DNA of 64,000 nt from Phoronis australis (Eukaryota > Animalia > Phoronida), in assembly GCA_002633005.1 (NCBI GenBank), contig NMRA01000111.1, positions 400,866-464,865 on the forward strand, read 5' to 3'. Below, one piece after another: positions 51,278-64,000 of this stretch. The position numbers and the translations under genes are program-made. The first letter of the stretch is position 1, and each line of letters starts with the position of its first letter. The notes beneath the pieces were generated by a model that saw nothing but the letters and a program-made list of their open reading frames with translations, did not search any database and was not told the origin of the DNA.

Positions 51278-54200
51278 GGTAGACAGATTACTTACGTAAC
51301 AAGTAAAATATAAAAGTGCTATATTTTTCTATACATACGTAAACATACATATACCTGACCAGTATGGTCAGTATGGCTTAGTAGAAGCCGTCCATTAAAA
51401 CAAACTTGATTGCAGGCACGACTGTACTTTATGTTACACAGCTTAATGTGTACTCGTTAGTGGTCTTTATTCAACCTTTTATCCCTACGCGTGCAGTTAA
51501 GCAAAACATCAAGGTACATAATGTTCAAACAAGTAACAAGCTAACGATATCTGAAACCTTATTCATAAAACTGGGCCATTTTTACAATATTTTTCATATG
51601 CATTGCAAAATATATTATCTGCATTCCCGGGAACCTTCAAATGCAGAATGTACACTGCAAAGCGAGAAAATGGTGCTTATACATGTATCAACGGTTACAT
51701 GGCCGTTTACACAAATAGAATTTCCGGCGACAGGCAAGGGGCTGTTCCGCATGTAACCGCATTGGTTTCATTCACCGAGTCGTCACAGTATCGTCTCAAC
51801 AAGGTATACATAGCACAGCAAGATGCCGCCGAATACGAAGATAAAACGTAGTTTTCATCCAGAGTCAGTTGTGCGTCTGCATGCATACGACCGTTGAGAA
51901 CGAAAGCACCGAGTCCAAGTCGCCGAACTGCTTCTGTGACTTAGTGTTCACTAACACGGCAAAAGGATAGATCCTCCCCAGCATTCATTATTTTGATCGA
52001 TAACGGAAATTTAGCTGTTTTAATCTCGTGCTCACGACGCCCTTTAACAACCGTGCCGATTTCTATTGTCCGTTTCGTACTTTTATTCTCCCAGGCACGA
52101 AGTGGTGCAATGAACTGTTGGCCTACTTACTGCAGGCTCCGCCTTCTGACCTAGTTGACACGAGGTATGAAACCCCACTGACTAAGTGAAAACGTTTTAA
52201 ATGATAACTCATTTTATTACTCACTGGAAATTCAGTTCACAATGCCGCTGAATGTTGAAATAGCGAAGATGGCGAATTCATGTAGAGGTTATATTGACCG
52301 AAAACAAGTTTTCATCCAAAAATTAAAGGCAAAATTTTGAGAATTGCCTTGCTTACTATATAATCGGCTTTTTGTAGGCTTCGGCAAATCACCCAATTTG
52401 AAATAAAGAACAGGAGTTCGAGAAAAGCCTTGGTGGGTTTCGCTGAAGCTTTCCAAACTTAATCTTTATTAATCCATCTCAAAAAAGCTAGGATTTTCTA
52501 TACAAAGGCCTAGTTTTTGTGTAATGTAACACAGAAGAATACGACAGCTACTTTTTACAAAAATAACTTGCGCTTTGCGAGTTGATTTGTCAAAGAGATC
52601 AAACTAATCAAAACATTCGAGCAGCGTGTATAAGATAACTCATAAAGTTTTCTTTTAAGAAAGATATCCTTAAAATCCACCGAAGTGCTCTTTTGGTATG
52701 AATGTACCTTTCTTAAAAATGAAAATTTGATTTAAAATAAGTGTTAATGTAATAATAATAATGGTATGTAAATATACTTTTATAATCGCCAATCCTTTTT
52801 ATCTAATAAAATATGTACTGGTTGGCAAAGTCTGTTTGGTATACACGTAAGAGTGAGAATTGTAGCCACTAAATGAGGTTTGAGATAACCTTAAAGTAGT
52901 TGATTTATTTCGAGACGACATCTATTTTCATCAGGCAATAGGTGAAATGAGTGTGCAGGAAGCGCTATAAACAATGAAATAACCAGTAACAGCAGGAAAA
53001 AGGGCACATAATCAGAAAGTATGATTGTACCACACAGTAGGAAACCTGCAAGCTCAACGGGACAGAGCCAGCGTGCAGTACACACCTATGAACTGCTCAT
53101 TCAACACAGGTTTTCCTGGCTGATCCATAGACTCCAAAATATGTATTTAAGTTCACAAACAAATTGCCTGTTTTGATGAGTTGCTTTTTCTCGGTGCAAT
53201 ATACATTATTATGATAATGGATTTCGCACTTCAGTTTATCACAAACCTACATATATCGGTGCCTGTTTGCGTGGTAAAAGTGACTGTGCCGAACGCTACA
53301 AAAACGGTTTTGATTAGCTACCTGACAGAGGCGCACCAGATCTGAATGAAATGCATTCAATGTTGAAATCCAACGCGTAAACATGTTCTAGTAAGCACTG
53401 GTTATAATAAAACTTTTGTTGATAACCACGTTAGGTCCTTCATATCTGAGACTGATTCTCATGTTGACATTGAACCTAGCGCTAGCACCAGTCCTCTAAA
53501 AATGTGTACTATGAGATCTGCAGGTCTTAAGCGAGGGAGGGACGGATGGACCGACGGAGGAAGTGAGGGACGCAGGGCGGAGGGAGGGAGGCAGGGAGGG
53601 ACTGACGAAGGGAGGCACGGAAGGACGGAGAGATTGACATAGGTAGGGAGGGCTGGATGGGTGGATTCATACAGGTAAATATATAAATGTGTATGCGTGT
53701 GTGTGAATGCGTGTGTGATTTTTAGGTATGCAGATATATTTGTATACGTGTGTGTGTGTGCGCGCGCGTGCGCGTGTGTGTATGTGTGGGCATATGCATA
53801 ATATATAGGACCAAGATACTGGGAATATGACCTTACAAGTATTCATTCATTGGGAGACGTGCAAGTTTTCAAAAAAAATAAAACTGTGTTACTTACTGAC
53901 AGGAATTGAAAAATGCAGCTATACGTGCTGAACCTTGAACTGGTAGTTCTGTTTCCAGTAACCCAGTTGGTAGAATTTGTATGACAACTACATGTTGGAG
54001 CTTCAACTAGTACTGCAATTTTTGATGATATATTTTTATTTTATTGAAAATTACTTGATTAATCTTCACCTCGTAGTTGAATTCATGATCAATGTCATGA
54101 AACGTGAATGACTTTTACTTGATTTGTCTTGAAAATCTGGTAGTTCAGTTTTATGATAAACTTGATTTTAAGCGGCAACTACGCATTGTAGCATTATCAA

Positions 54201-54328
54201 GTAGTTGGAGACGTGATGGCCAATGTGATTTTACTTAAGCGACGACTCAGTACTTGCTAAATTTTTCAACCGGTTATTGGTTTCGTGGTGACCATTATTA
54301 TTGAACTTGGCTGAAACTAAATGATGGA

Positions 54329-55098
54329 TGGAGTGTTCTATAAATCGCTCGACCCCCATCCCCCGACCCACGACTTCCTCGATCCACAACACCTCGACCC
54401 ACGACGCATGATCCACGACCCCCTCGACCCACGACCTGTGGCAATAGAGGTATTTCTTCGCATTTTACATTTTTGAGTGACTTTCCCTGGGTCAAGTCTG
54501 GTGATTAAAAGCACTGGCGTGAGAACGTGATCTGAAATAGAGGATTGTCAGCGTGCTATCGTTGTCAAGGAAATCGTTCCACGAGCGACTACCGATGGCC
54601 CAGTTTTACTAAACTTAAGGAGAGAGTGCGTTAATGAATATTATGTAATTTTACCTTTGCATTATTTGCTTTCTACTATATACTCGTTTAGAATATACTC
54701 CACATATCATTGAAATACTTTTTAGTTAACAGTTTTGTTTTTTCCAAAGTGTAATTACTTATGGAATTACAGTTTTGTCGGTTCCTCGCCTTTTCTCCGC
54801 AAAAATCTTGAATCCGCATTTCACTGAAGAGCAGACGATACGATTTCACTACATTTGTGACGTTGGTAGGTCATTGATTTGATTTGGTAGCGTTTTCTTG
54901 TTTTTGGCTTTCAAACTTGCCGAAGCGACTCTCTTAATTGCACATAACAGGGAAAAGCCAGCCGAGCTCACGGCCCAACTCATTGGTCCTGCAAGTCAGT
55001 CGACGGGATTGTAGGTCGTGGGTCGAGGGGATTATGGGTCGTGGGTCGAGGGGGTCGTGGGGTGTGGTTGTCGCCGAGGGGAGTTTTAGAAAAATCCA
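54329..55098. mobile_element. Non-autonomous DNA element with inverted subterminal CTCGACCCACGAC arrays
   Basis: Tandem cctcgacccacgac units near 54350-54437 mirrored by gtcgtgggtcgagg near 55015-55062; imperfect TIRs. Confidence 0.65.
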
Positions 55099-55132
55099 TG
55101 TTGGATCACCGACAGAAGTTTGAATCACCGAT

Positions 55133-55520
55133 GGCCAGATTGAATGACTGGACCCATACTCTAATCTTTTTACTCGAAATGGAACTCGAAATTATGTTTG
55201 GCATTTTCTACTCTGTTTTTGTGCGAACTCAAAACTAAGTGTCTATTATTCAATGCACGGGTGCATAGTGACTTACGCGGTGTATAATTTATTAGTCCTA
55301 AATTGCACTTGATAAACCCAAAATTAAGACTAATAGTTTGAGTTTGTAGCATTCATATGCGAAAGAGTATAATGTTTTCGAGCGCAGCCTGATAACCACT
55401 TATCTTGAATTCGCAAAATAGGAGCAGAAAAATTGCCAAAAATAATTTCGAGTTCGCTTCGAGTACAGAGATTAATCCGCACGATGGTCGCATGCTGACT
55501 TATATGGAACGCTTTGGCCC
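55133..55520. mobile_element. MITE with ~100-bp diverged inverted arms
   Basis: tactcgaaatggaactcgaaattat.tttggca / tgccaaaaataatttcgagttcgcttcgagta; GGCC at both ends. Confidence 0.6.
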
Positions 55521-55649
55521 ATGTGCGTGTAAATGTGTTATCTCTAAAAAGCATGCGCATTTGATGAAACGTAATATTTTGCATTGATGCCTATGTACCT
55601 AAATGCTTGCATATATGGCATGACTTTCTTGATGAACTGTTACCCTTCA

Positions 55650-55828
55650 CAATTGACCTATCGCAAGCTCCGCCCCCTTGCGTAATGACGACTAACAAAA
55701 ATAAGTTTTAACCGGCAACGTGTTGTTTGTCGGGTAAACTTACGGCTTGGAAAGGAAGGTGTATCAAGAATGGCGAGTTCTAAATGGTCAGTTAAGTCGT
55801 CACTCAAAATCCTGGCGATAGGTCAATT
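55650..55828. mobile_element. ~180-bp MITE, copy 2
   Basis: Homologous to 23677-23861; lies about 20 bp from an astacin donor site. Confidence 0.75.
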
Positions 55829-55847
55829 CACGAATGCGAAAAATTAC

Positions 55848-55983
55848 CCTCTCGATTGCCGAATGGTTATATAATCTGGCTCTGTAGTTCTTTGGATAAA
55901 TTCGATACATGAATCATTTCCAACTTTAGTGAAGTACATTATTTCTTGCATGGCAGCAAGAATGGCATTCTTTCTGTATGGTG
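55848..55983 (-). CDS. Astacin catalytic domain, N-proximal exon (not in the ORF track)
   Basis: PYRKNAILAAMQEIMYFTKVGNDSCIEFIQRTTEPDYITIRQSRG; attccag| and GG|gtaatt; phase 1-2; joins 50291 to give G-C-S-S. Confidence 0.93.
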
Positions 55984-57273
55984 CTGGAATAAACAATAAT
56001 TTAAACCATGTCAATACGACGCTCTTTAGAAATGATCGATCATAGTGCGTGTACTACGAACGCTAGTATATGTGCATACAGGCTGAGAAAAAATACCGGC
56101 GGAGGGGGGGAGGAGACTTTTGCGACATTGCTGGTCACCGCATTGAAATATGTTTAATATGATTGATCAACATTATACTACTTTAATCCCTTATACGCGA
56201 CAAATTAAGCCCATTTACTGCCCTGGATCCTTATATATCTACAGCTGAAAATATTTTTTATATGCTTGGGATACTTCTTTGTAACAAGTGCTAAGTATTT
56301 AAAGTTGATTGCTTAGTTGATGCAAACATAGTTGGTGCTCTGCTCTTAACGGAATAGTTAAAACTAGCTGCTGGTCTGTAAGGTAGGCCCTACTCACAGG
56401 AAATGATCACCGTTGTGTCACATGAATATCCTACTTCAAAATAAAAGCCACTTAAGTGCATGAAAAAATGCTTTAAACAGACTAATTTAACTGTACGAGT
56501 TTTAGTAATTAACTAGTTCACCGAGTTCGTGACGTCACAACTGGCATGCAAAACTACACTAAAGCAATAACCCTGACGCACGCATTATTAAAACGGGCTT
56601 AAAATCCTATAAAATGTAAATAGTCGTGTCGCAAACCATCATCACAGCCTGGTTCCATTCAAATTCTGTCAGGATCAGCTACTATTGAGAGGTAATTACG
56701 CATTAAACCATTCTGGGAAATACTTTCTAATGAATATTTTTTTCTGATAAAACCTATGAAATCAAAAAAATTCTGCATTACCACTGTATTCATATCCACC
56801 TAGCAACCACCATATCGCACTATTTGACCTGTCCTTCTATTTTTATACACACGGAAATTTACAAATGCAAATATAACTTTTCTAGGCACCAGGACCGATG
56901 TATGTCGAAAAGAGACTGGTGTTCAATATCCAAAGTACAAAAATGTAATTTTGCTCTGAAATGTAATAATATCCTTTGGCACGTGCATTCCTTTTGTCAT
57001 ACCACCTAATTTAAGTGTACTAGCTCAAAATAAGTTATTGGTAATATTATAGAAAAGACACCGAGATTTGTAGACGAATGTTACGTATTTCAAGGACTGA
57101 AAATGCGCATTTTGAATGCCAAGTAATTGTTGTAATTGCTTTGTAATATAAAACGCAGTGACTAAAAGTGTAAGTAACAGTATAAACATTAGTTAGTATG
57201 CAGTATTATCCTGCTTACACTTTGTTTGCTCTGCGAGTTGTTGATTATAGCAATGTTGTCATCAAACTCTTAC

Positions 57274-58615
57274 AGCCGATTTCGCAAAGGTGGTTTAAAT
57301 TTTAACCTGGTTTAAACTGGACTTAGACCAGGTTTAAAGGAAATCTGCATTTCATAAAGGTGGCTTAACTTTTAGTTCAGTGGTTTAACTCCAATTTAGA
57401 CCTGGTCTAAGTCAGTTTTCATTTCACCAACGAGGTCTACATTCCTTAGACCTGTATTAAAATTTTAAACCAGGCTTAACTTTATACTTGGTCAAAGACA
57501 GGTTAAATACTATTAAATATGGCAGACTTGTATGATATAGGTGCAACTGAATATGCATTTACGACGCAGTTTTAGAGCGAGAACGGGCTTATTGCAATAT
57601 TCCGTCTAAGGACTATGCAAGATTAAATGTAACAGGGGGATCAAGAATTTTTAAAAGGAGGGCCTGGGTCAACAATTTGAACATCATAAATTTGATATCA
57701 CTAAAGTCAAGGGAAAGGGGAGTCCGGACACCTTGAACCACTGGATCCGCTTATACGTAGACCAGTACGTATTGAAGGGTGTCGTTCGGATTCCTCAGAA
57801 TGTGACGGGTCGAGCAGAGCGTCATCGTCGTCACGGCTTTGACTAAAAAGGCATCTAATGATTCTTCTGACCGAGCTCCATCTTAATTGGTCCCTGATAT
57901 AAGGTTGCCGGGCAGGGTTCCTGCCCCCTTTTTGGACACAAAAATAAACAGTCAAATGACACGAAATAAAGTTGTGCACTTACCATGTTGCGGCTAATTG
58001 TGAGCAATTGCATTAATGTGTGTACGTGTGTTGGACACAATCATTACAATGTGAAAAAAGGCCCTCTCTGGATATCCTAGATCTGCCACTGGGTCCCTTA
58101 CAGTTTTTCCTCGCAAATTTTTCATTGATAAAATTTTCTTTCTTACAATTAACAGTGGGTCGCTGCATTTCTCCGATAGTGGGAACTGTGCAGTAAGTCT
58201 GGAGCATTTATATCTCCAAGCCTGCTGCTTACGTTGACTTGATTTGGCACCAAATTTTTTTATTCTCTGTAAAATTAGCTTTTTCTCTGATCAGTTAAGG
58301 GAGGGAAATTTTTCGCAAATGTCTGCACGGATTCTACTTCTGTGTGCCATTGTCTACCCATATGATCAAGCTTTCATTAAAGCACTTTAAATTAGTACTT
58401 TCTGTGTTGGGTTAATCCAGATTGACACATTGTGATGGCTTGGATTCTTTCAACCTTGTTTTACTAAACCCTTTGCCTGGTCAAACAAAAACAGGCTTTC
58501 AGATTTTTAAACCACGTTGGTGAAATGCAAGTTCGGTCTAAATTAGACCAGGTTTAGGAAGACCAGGCTTAAGTCTTCAACTTGATTTTGTTAAACCACT
58601 TTTATGGAATTGGGT
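57274..58615. mobile_element. PIF/Harbinger-like element, deleted
   Basis: TIRs agccgatttcgcaaaggtggtttaa / ttaaaccacttttatggaattgggt; repeated agaccagg/cctggtt subterminal motifs; superfamily call is by resemblance only. Confidence 0.6.
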
Positions 58616-61600
58616 GCAAAGGTTTCACGGCTGTTACAGTAACTGTATTGACTTCCAAGTCTGTCAGTATGTATCGCGTGCACTCTTCACCCGTTTATGA
58701 GTGAACGCGTGCAAGTTTTACACCTTTACGCGCAGTTGTTTTACACGTTTACGCGTTAGGCGAACTTTTAAATTGATGCGGCTTTCGATTCCTGAGGCAA
58801 TGAACAAGATGACGTCAACGACCACGCATTTAACACGCCCATTTGATCTCGGCACTAACGAGTAAAATTCAGACTTGTATACGAGATGGCTAACAGGCGG
58901 CGAATATTGACAACATTTTGAGGGATTTGTAGAGAACTTAAGTCCACAAATACCGGCAATGTCAATGTATAACGAGGACTGCCATTCGGCAGGCACTTCA
59001 TGCCAACATAAATTATAGACAACAGATTCGCATCTCAGCCATTTTATTGTGTACTATCCTAGGGGAGGGGCCACTCTCCTAAATTATCAATTCCGTTTCC
59101 GGTTAGTGTATTGTGGCAACACAACAGCCCACCCTGATTAGCAGACATCATACTTGCAGGAAATAACATCAGATAATTTGGCCAGGTGTCGCTAGTGAAT
59201 AATGATGCCATTGCTTCTGTAGAAGCACAAATTTCGTCCATTGAAAGTATATGGAGTTCGTGGTCGATGTACTATATAGTCCATGATGCCAATCATGCGA
59301 GTTGAGGTCAAGCGCTTTTCAAGGTTGGACGTGAATGCGTTCAGAGGTCGCGTAATCTCGTATTCGCAGCACATCAACCCCTTGCAAAACAAATTAACGC
59401 ATAAATGACTCTACGTGAACGCATTGACCTGTAAAACCCCTACGCATTACCTTCTGACAAACTCGGAATTTCATGTAACTTCGAATGAACAAAAATGAAC
59501 TTACGAAAAGTATCGGTAATAATGTAATATACTTTCCCATTCTCCCACAGCCGACCCATGTAAGCTTTGCGGTTCTGTAAGAAAAGTCAACCGTATCTGT
59601 TGCAGGATTACTCATAAAATTGTCCATCAGTCGCTTCAAAAATGGGGTCCTTCTTCAAAGCCATACGGGAAATTACATGTATAAAGGAAGACATTTGTAT
59701 ATGCGAGGTCAGGGTTTTAATAATATCTATACCCGTGTACAATTATTCAGCTGTTACGAGAACGCAGAAATGAGCATGTAAAAAATCAATTGTTCAAAAT
59801 TTTCATTTGACTGGTTTGTCATCAATGATTTTTTAAAGTTTGCATGTCAAACTTTTTATTCTTCTTACTCATTAGGCTCTGTTTATGTCAACAGGATTTG
59901 CACTCAAAAGGACGAGATTCCGTGCATTGTTTACCCCCGGAATATCCCGCATATTCCTCGGCACATCAAAGGCTTAGTCGTGCCGTAACTGATTGAAATG
60001 AGCTGGCCCCCATTCCTAGGCATGGCAGAACGGGTTGGATGAGATAATTGCGCCTGTTTAGCGTACGACTTGCCAAGTCGAAAAAAGAAACAATAAGTAA
60101 GGCTAAAAATGAGTGCTTTCAAAACTGTACAAAGAATATGAATTTTTAAATTCGATACATTATAATAAATTAGCAAACAGGTTTTCTTCAGCATCGCGGC
60201 GAAGCCACGAGCATTCGATTGGGCCGGGTGATCACAGTCTGGCGCGGGCTCGCTAAGGTGTTAGGAGAACAAAACCCAAAATGCAGAAGTTGTCTCTTAT
60301 AAATGTTTCGTCACAAAATGCTAACTAAATACACTTTACCCAAACTAAACAGCAATTATTGTAATAATTAATAACAAATGCGGATGCATGCTTGCAACAG
60401 CGAATACAGCACGTGTCTGAATTATGATTCAGGATGTTAGAGGGATACCAAACCCGGTTTTGGCCTATTAACAAATATTGAAAGAACTTTCTCCATCCAA
60501 TTCCCTGAGAGAAAATGATGCCCCCCTTCAATGTAACCCTCGAAAGTGTGGAATAAAATTTGAGAACTCTTTTCGACGTCTGCTAAACGAGGTAAGCGTG
60601 ACCTACGGTTTTAGCGAATCACGCAAAGAATCGTGCGAAGGTACTTGACTTACCTTAAAATTCATCAGCTTTGTGGTCGCTCATATTTAATGAGGAGCGT
60701 ATTATGGCAAATAAAACAAGCGTTTTAGGTTGTAAAAGTCACCATTCTTGTACAAATTTTAAAATTCAAAAACCGCAATGACCCGTACGTTTCACAAACT
60801 ATTCACTTACCAGCGCTAACAAGTGAGGTGAGCTGGCGAGGATCAGCATTAGAAAGCGGAATGACGTTAGTGGCGTAAAGTAACTATTTGCGGCGTAAAG
60901 TAATTACTTGACGCCGCAAAGTTACTGTGCACAGCAAATGATTACTTTAAGATTAGGTAGAGCCTCCAGCGCCACGGCCAAAAATTGTTCGTAACTCAAA
61001 ACCGGTAGGTTACCGAATTGTACTTATCGAAACCATGACGGTTGCAAGCTAGCAATGATATCTGTCGGAGCAAATTTTGTGCGAAAGTTTTTGAGAAGAT
61101 CTAGGGATAAAACTAACTCTTACACATTTATTTTGCATAACAATAACAATGAAAGTAACAGTAACAGTAACAGTAACACTAATATCCTTATCAGTATGAT
61201 ATTAATTATTATTATTATTTCTACTATTAATGTTACTGTTAATGTTATTGCAATTGTTATTATTATATTCACTACGGAAATTTAACAAAGACTATTGTCG
61301 ACCGCAATGTGTTAATGATGGGTCAGAAGACCGAGGCGATGTGATACAAATTAAATCAGCATGGTGACTTTGATCAACACTTTGAGATTCCGATCGACAC
61401 AAACAGGTCGAGGTTCCCATCTCGACTGGTTAGAGTTCTTTTCTTGATTACAAGGCAGTTGTGAGGAATGACCACCCACCAAGAACCATAATATCCAGCA
61501 TAGGGAGTAGAAGTTTTTAGCTGATTCCCACTTTTATCAATATTGACGCCAGAAGAAGCAGTAGCAAGTGATAAGAAAGACTGGCTGAAATCTTCAAAAC

Positions 61601-62342
61601 AAGAGTTTAGTATCATTTAAACAAAATGTCACCCAAGTGATCCTTTCCTCGGTAAGCTAAGAGATGACATGGGAAAGATGCTAAATCGCTTACTTGTGTA
61701 TGAAACAAATAAAACGTTTTCTGTATACTGTATTCCCTAGTATGCCTTCTGACATGCACTCCTGTGTATGTCCGGGGTCTCACAATCCTCTGCGTACACG
61801 CGTATGTCGTCTCACGTTACACGTGAAAAGGTGAATGAAAATTTTCTTCACAACGTCGCACATATAAAATCACGTTGCGTAGAGAATTGAAATTTCCAAA
61901 CGGATATAACGGGAATATCAACCATAGTGCTACCGTCGGCTACTACACGTCCTCTAATTTGACATTGCCAGTCGCCAATTGAGCGCGTATGCAGCCACAT
62001 TTCAAGATACAGTAAATTCCATACTTCATGCCCTAAAGATGAGACTAGCGTTCCTGTTGCATGTTCTTATAGTCAAATTCGTTTTTCTGAATAACATAAC
62101 TAATTCACGGGGTACGTTCAGAGCTATGAATTTTGCATTTGCCGAATTTTGGTAATTCAAGCCTTTTTATTGGACGTTTGCTTCGTGTTCTAATTTTGGG
62201 GGGGGTGTAGTTTAATCATCCCGAGACGAAAGTAGCATCTCACAACGTCTAGTACCGACTAATTGACTTTTTGCTGTGAGGAAACTTCGAAAAAATCTCA
62301 CAAAATTCAGGATCTTTGAAATACACGAGAAGGAAAAACTCT

Positions 62343-62407
62343 GTATTTATGTATGTATGAATGTATGTATGAATGAATGTATGTATGTATGCATGCATGT
62401 ATGTATT
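62343..62407. repeat. (ATGT)n-type tetranucleotide microsatellite
   Basis: Direct reading. Confidence 0.9.
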
Positions 62408-63097
62408 AATTTCGATAAAAACAAGACTAAACTTTTGGTGGTTTGAGAGATTGATACTGATTCGATCGTACATTATCCCGTCACTATGAGCGAATCAGTA
62501 ACAAGCTCCCTAACGAAAGGTTTAGCCGTGTTTTCAACGAAATTTGCGTACACGAAGGGCTGCTACCTAAATACACTGATGTGTGTACGAGTATATATGA
62601 AATACCAATTAATGTAATTTTGGTACTGTATGTATTCTATTTAACTCTTTTTTCGATGCTCATTGGTTTGAGAAAAGCTCATTTTTCAAATGAGAGAGTG
62701 TTAAATAACATCACTAAAAGTTGACCTCCTAGTTCAATCAAAATAATTAAAGATTTAGCCCTCAAATTTGGGGCGTTGTATGAAAACATCCTCACATATT
62801 TTTAATAACATTGAGAAGTCAACGTTGAGAGTCCACCCTCAACTTGTATCAAAGCAAAATTGGCTTATGATGATAATCTAGCAGCATAAGAAGGGACAAT
62901 CACAAGCAGCTGTATACTCAGCCAGTTTATGGATCTTAGTGGAGTCCCTATTTGAGACTGTTTCAAACAACCGGGCACAAACCCCCTACAGGAGGGAGTA
63001 CCCCTCACGTACCTTCTTATTGCCGACTTTGTCGGCCATTCGTCGAGCGAATGTGAGAATGCTTCCGATGCACTGATAAAACACGTCCGATACTTAC

Positions 63098-63174
63098 TTT
63101 TGGGTTGAAGTTGGGTGGTAAGACAATGTCTCCTTCAAACTGACCAGACATCAATTCTGGATATTCGTCAGTCA
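63098..63174 (-). CDS. Astacin prodomain exon TDEYPELMSGQFEGDIVLPPNFNPK
   Basis: FEGDI aspartate-switch motif; ctcttcag| and AAA|gtaagt; 77 nt, phase 1-0. Confidence 0.9.
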
Positions 63175-64000
63175 CTGAAGAGTACCAAATAATGTTGAAT
63201 TGATACTGCTGACTTAGAAACTGGGCAGAAGCGTATGGAAAACTCAGCTTCATGACTCGGAACTGCTATTAAACTGTCTTTGATGACACTACGTAAACGC
63301 ACAAACGTAGAAACCTCTTTTGAACCTAATGTGAGAGGATTCGTTAAAAGAACGTTCGTGACTTTAACATAATTAAGACGTCATTTGTAACGGCATGGCC
63401 TATAGCTATAACAAGAGAAGCCGATTATCACTTCTGAAATCAGATATGACCTGTACATTTTTCGAGAGATAACAGATAGTGCCCAAGTCAAATCTGTGTG
63501 ATCAATACCGAATCAAAAGTTGAGCGCTTGCAAGCACTGAACATATGAACGTTTGCCCCACCTAGATTGGTTAAGTTGACTGGGAATGAGTCTTGTAGGT
63601 GTTCAAGACTAGATCCTGTGCTCGGTTCTCAAGATTCCTGCTGTTTCGGGCCCATTGCGCCCGTTGAGTCAAAATAAGCATTTATTTAAGACGCTTTCAG
63701 GTCAAAACAACATTGCTTTTTCTCGTGTAAAGTAGAGTTTGATCTCAGCCTGCTTTTTGTCTTACCGCAGTTGTAATCGACGGAACTTCTAAAATAAGTA
63801 CTTACTACGACTACCTTCTGTGAGTGTGATGTCAAGGACGAGCAAAAAAAACGAAAAAAACCATATGCAAATCATTTCCGAAACACTTTTTGTGCTGACA
63901 ATTTCCACTAAAAGGTTGTCGTTCTTCCTGTCCCGATGACGTGTAATGATTGTGGTGACGTCAATTTAAGACCACGTAAAACACGAAGAACCTAATCGAT

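Larger units (their letters stand above)
81..63174 (-). other. Multi-exon locus: astacin-family (M12A) metalloprotease with a C-terminal array of at least 8 ShKT domains; incomplete at both ends
   Basis: All exons below are on the minus strand, collinear in domain order and have GT-AG boundaries. Phases match across the catalytic exons and across the whole ShK array. The protease-to-ShK join is inferred. Confidence 0.75.

Noticed and set aside
50716-51282. 188-aa ORF with ERER repeats
   Set aside because: Translation of a (GA)n microsatellite and an N gap.
54350-54440. Short regularly spaced repeats resembling a CRISPR array
   Set aside because: Eukaryotic context, no unique spacers, and mirrored near 55015-55062 as transposon subterminal repeats.
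63766-63788. Possible 23-nt upstream micro-exon (ttttag|...|gtaag)
   Set aside because: Good splice sites but not frame-symmetric and no recognisable peptide; cannot be supported without transcripts.

Overview
Eukaryotic, AT-rich, repeat-dense genomic DNA; the ShK style and transposon content suggest an invertebrate, probably a lophotrochozoan (inference). The window is essentially one intron-rich locus on the minus strand. Upstream exons encode an astacin (M12A) zinc metalloprotease: prodomain FEGDI, HELMHALGFEHEQSRLDRD, Met-turn SVMHY. They are followed by a short uncharacterised segment and at least eight ShKT domains, each on its own phase 1-1 exon, with 12-30 nt linker micro-exons between several of them. 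The array runs off the left edge of the window. I could not find the exon for the mature N-terminus, nor fix the exon(s) joining the protease to the ShK array, so the single-gene model is inferred. Introns are packed with mobile DNA: an Academ element with TSD, four Kolobok-type TTAA elements, a 933-bp miniature Polinton nested in one of them, a Helentron-type HINE, Harbinger pieces, a DIRS/Ngaro remnant, several LINE remnants, a tRNA-derived SINE and MITEs. There is one 321-N gap and one probable haplotype duplication. All calls are read by eye; no searches were run.
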